A stretch of 64,000 bases of DNA from Terriglobia bacterium (GTDB taxonomy: Bacteria; Acidobacteriota; Terriglobia; 2-12-FULL-54-10): NCBI GenBank assembly GCA_963666975.2, contig CAXVYR010000003.1, positions 1,152,001 to 1,216,000 of the forward strand. Direction: 5' to 3'. The notes below the pieces were generated by a model that saw only the letters and a program-made list of their open reading frames with translations, was not told the DNA's origin and ran no database searches. Each line of letters begins with the position of its first letter. Position 1 is the first letter of the stretch. Below, piece by piece: positions 62,672-64,000 of this stretch. Made by a program: the position numbers and the translations under genes.

Positions 62672-62751
62672 ATCTCAGGGTTCCGCTCCGCTCCACCCGC
62701 TGGTAATGGAGATCTCAGGGTTCCGCTCCGCTCCACCCGCTGGTAATGGAG
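62672..62751. repeat. 40-bp perfect tandem duplication
   Basis: ATCTCAGGGTTCCGCTCCGCTCCACCCGCTGGTAATGGAG x2. Confidence 0.9.
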
Positions 62752-62848
62752 CAGGGACTAACAAGGAATGTGGTACAACAAATGGGGTAGGTCAGGAAGT
62801 TCTCCCACATGATCGCTGGAATCGGTTTGGAGAAACGGAGAATAAGGA

Positions 62849-63715
62849 ATGGACACGAGGATTGAGACGATTTTGGAAGAGTATCGATCTCGAAAAATCG
62901 ATCGCCGCGTCTTCTTTGCGCGGCTGATCGCTGTAGTGGGCAGTTATCCGGTGGCTTACCATTTACTTGAAAAAAATGGATTAGCTCTTTCGCTCCTTTC
63001 GCAGATCGAGTCTGAGAACGCTAATGTTGAATCTACATCCGTAACGTATCCCGGAGAAGGTGTAACGCTGCAAAGCTATCTAAGCCACCCCAAAGGGAGT
63101 GGGCCATTTCCTGCAGTTATTCTGATCCATCATGGTTTCGGGTTGGATGACCATAGCCGCGATGTAACGCGTCGGCTGGCCTCCGAGGGCTTTGCGACTT
63201 TAGGTGTTGATTTGCTATCGCGCAAGGGTGGAACGGCCTCCATGCCATCTCCTCAGGAGGCTCTCAAAATGATCGGTTCTCTTACTGACCAAGAGGTGGT
63301 TAGCGATTTAGGCGCTTCCTATGTCTATTTAAGCTCTCAGTCGATGGTAAGGAAGGATCGCATTGGCATAATGGGCTTCTGCTCCGGTGGGTCACAGGCT
63401 TTTCTGTATGCCACGGAAAATCCAGATTTGAAGGCGGCGGTCATCTTCTATGGTTCCGCACCCTCGGAAGCAGCGCTCACGAAGATTCAGTGCCCGGTGT
63501 TGGGAAACTACGGGGAATTGGATGAGCGAATCAGTTCTGGAGTTCCAGCCACTGCGGCTGCGATGCAGCGACTGGGAAAACGCTTTGACTACAAGATTTA
63601 CCCTAATGCCCCTCATGCCTTCTTCCACGATGTAAGACCTGAGCGATACAATGAAGCGGCTGCCAATGACGCCTGGAAGCGAACGATCCAATTCTTCAGG
63701 GAAAACTTGGGTTGA
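62849..63715 (+). CDS. Dienelactone hydrolase-family protein
   Basis: GFCSGG nucleophile motif, YGELD, YPNAPHAF. Confidence 0.92.
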   Translation: MDTRIETILEEYRSRKIDRRVFFARLIAVVGSYPVAYHLLEKNGLALSLLSQIESENANVESTSVTYPGEGVTLQSYLSHPKGSGPFPAVILIHHGFGLDDHSRDVTRRLASEGFATLGVDLLSRKGGTASMPSPQEALKMIGSLTDQEVVSDLGASYVYLSSQSMVRKDRIGIMGFCSGGSQAFLYATENPDLKAAVIFYGSAPSEAALTKIQCPVLGNYGELDERISSGVPATAAAMQRLGKRFDYKIYPNAPHAFFHDVRPERYNEAAANDAWKRTIQFFRENLG

Positions 63716-63812
63716 AAAAGTGTATATCGACTGAACGCGGTCCCGATTAAATCCGAAGGGATCGGGCACGGCAAGAAAGGCGAATATTGTTACCTGAAAC
63801 TTAGGAGGGACG

Positions 63813-64000
63813 ATGGGTATGGTTCAAAGGACGGCAGGGAGTTTTTTGGTTTGGTGTCTGTTTGCGTCAATAGCGACCGGAGCGGGCGGGGCTGAGTTAT
63901 CCGGGACAGTGAAAGACTCCACCGGCGCGCCTTTTAAGGGAGCGTTTATCCAAGCTCGCCATTCGGGAACCAAGATTACCGTAAATGCACTGTCCGACAA
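63813..64000 (+). CDS. Secreted carboxypeptidase-regulatory-like domain protein (partial)
   Basis: AGGAGG RBS, signal peptide, LSGTVKDSTGAPFKGAFIQA. Confidence 0.7.
   Translation, partial: MGMVQRTAGSFLVWCLFASIATGAGGAELSGTVKDSTGAPFKGAFIQARHSGTKITVNALSD

Noticed and set aside
5552-62751. CRISPR array from the short repeats
   Set aside because: All are two-copy duplications without regular unique spacers, and no cas genes are present.
1-64000. Genome-wide TAG reassignment
   Set aside because: Several normal-length genes end at TAG (410-1378, 1743-3179, 32856-33089).

Overview
This 64-kb window looks like Acidobacteriota DNA, inferred from the Oar-like TonB-dependent receptors, SirB1, tandem PTPS genes with folE, and the MgtE-N/CBS plus NRAMP pair. 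Positions ~4.3-30 kb form a decaying accessory island anchored at tRNA-Asp(GTC). It holds a compact phage-satellite (PICI-like) module (integrase, Zn-finger regulator, xis, Zn-ribbon protein, helicase, a lambda cosQ-like site, terS), a second truncated satellite-like module with a prim-pol gene, and a third orphan terS-like gene. It also carries restriction-modification remnants next to DUF932, a duplicated Sel1 gene hit by three nested or adjacent IS elements, and three related recombinase-like sites, two of which form a perfect 28-bp inverted repeat 19.7 kb apart. Positions 30-51 kb are mostly housekeeping (TlpA, GT2, two PTPS, folE, cobB, larC, metG, tatD, polyprenyl synthase, CYTH, Mg transport), with an inserted OLD-like ATPase and two IS. 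Positions 51-64 kb hold two paralogous TonB-dependent receptors (one full length but with two in-frame TAG codons), a degenerate tRNA-Leu-like element between them, and two secreted amidohydrolases. Several frameshifts fall in homopolymer runs and may be sequencing errors. All calls were made by eye; no searches were run.
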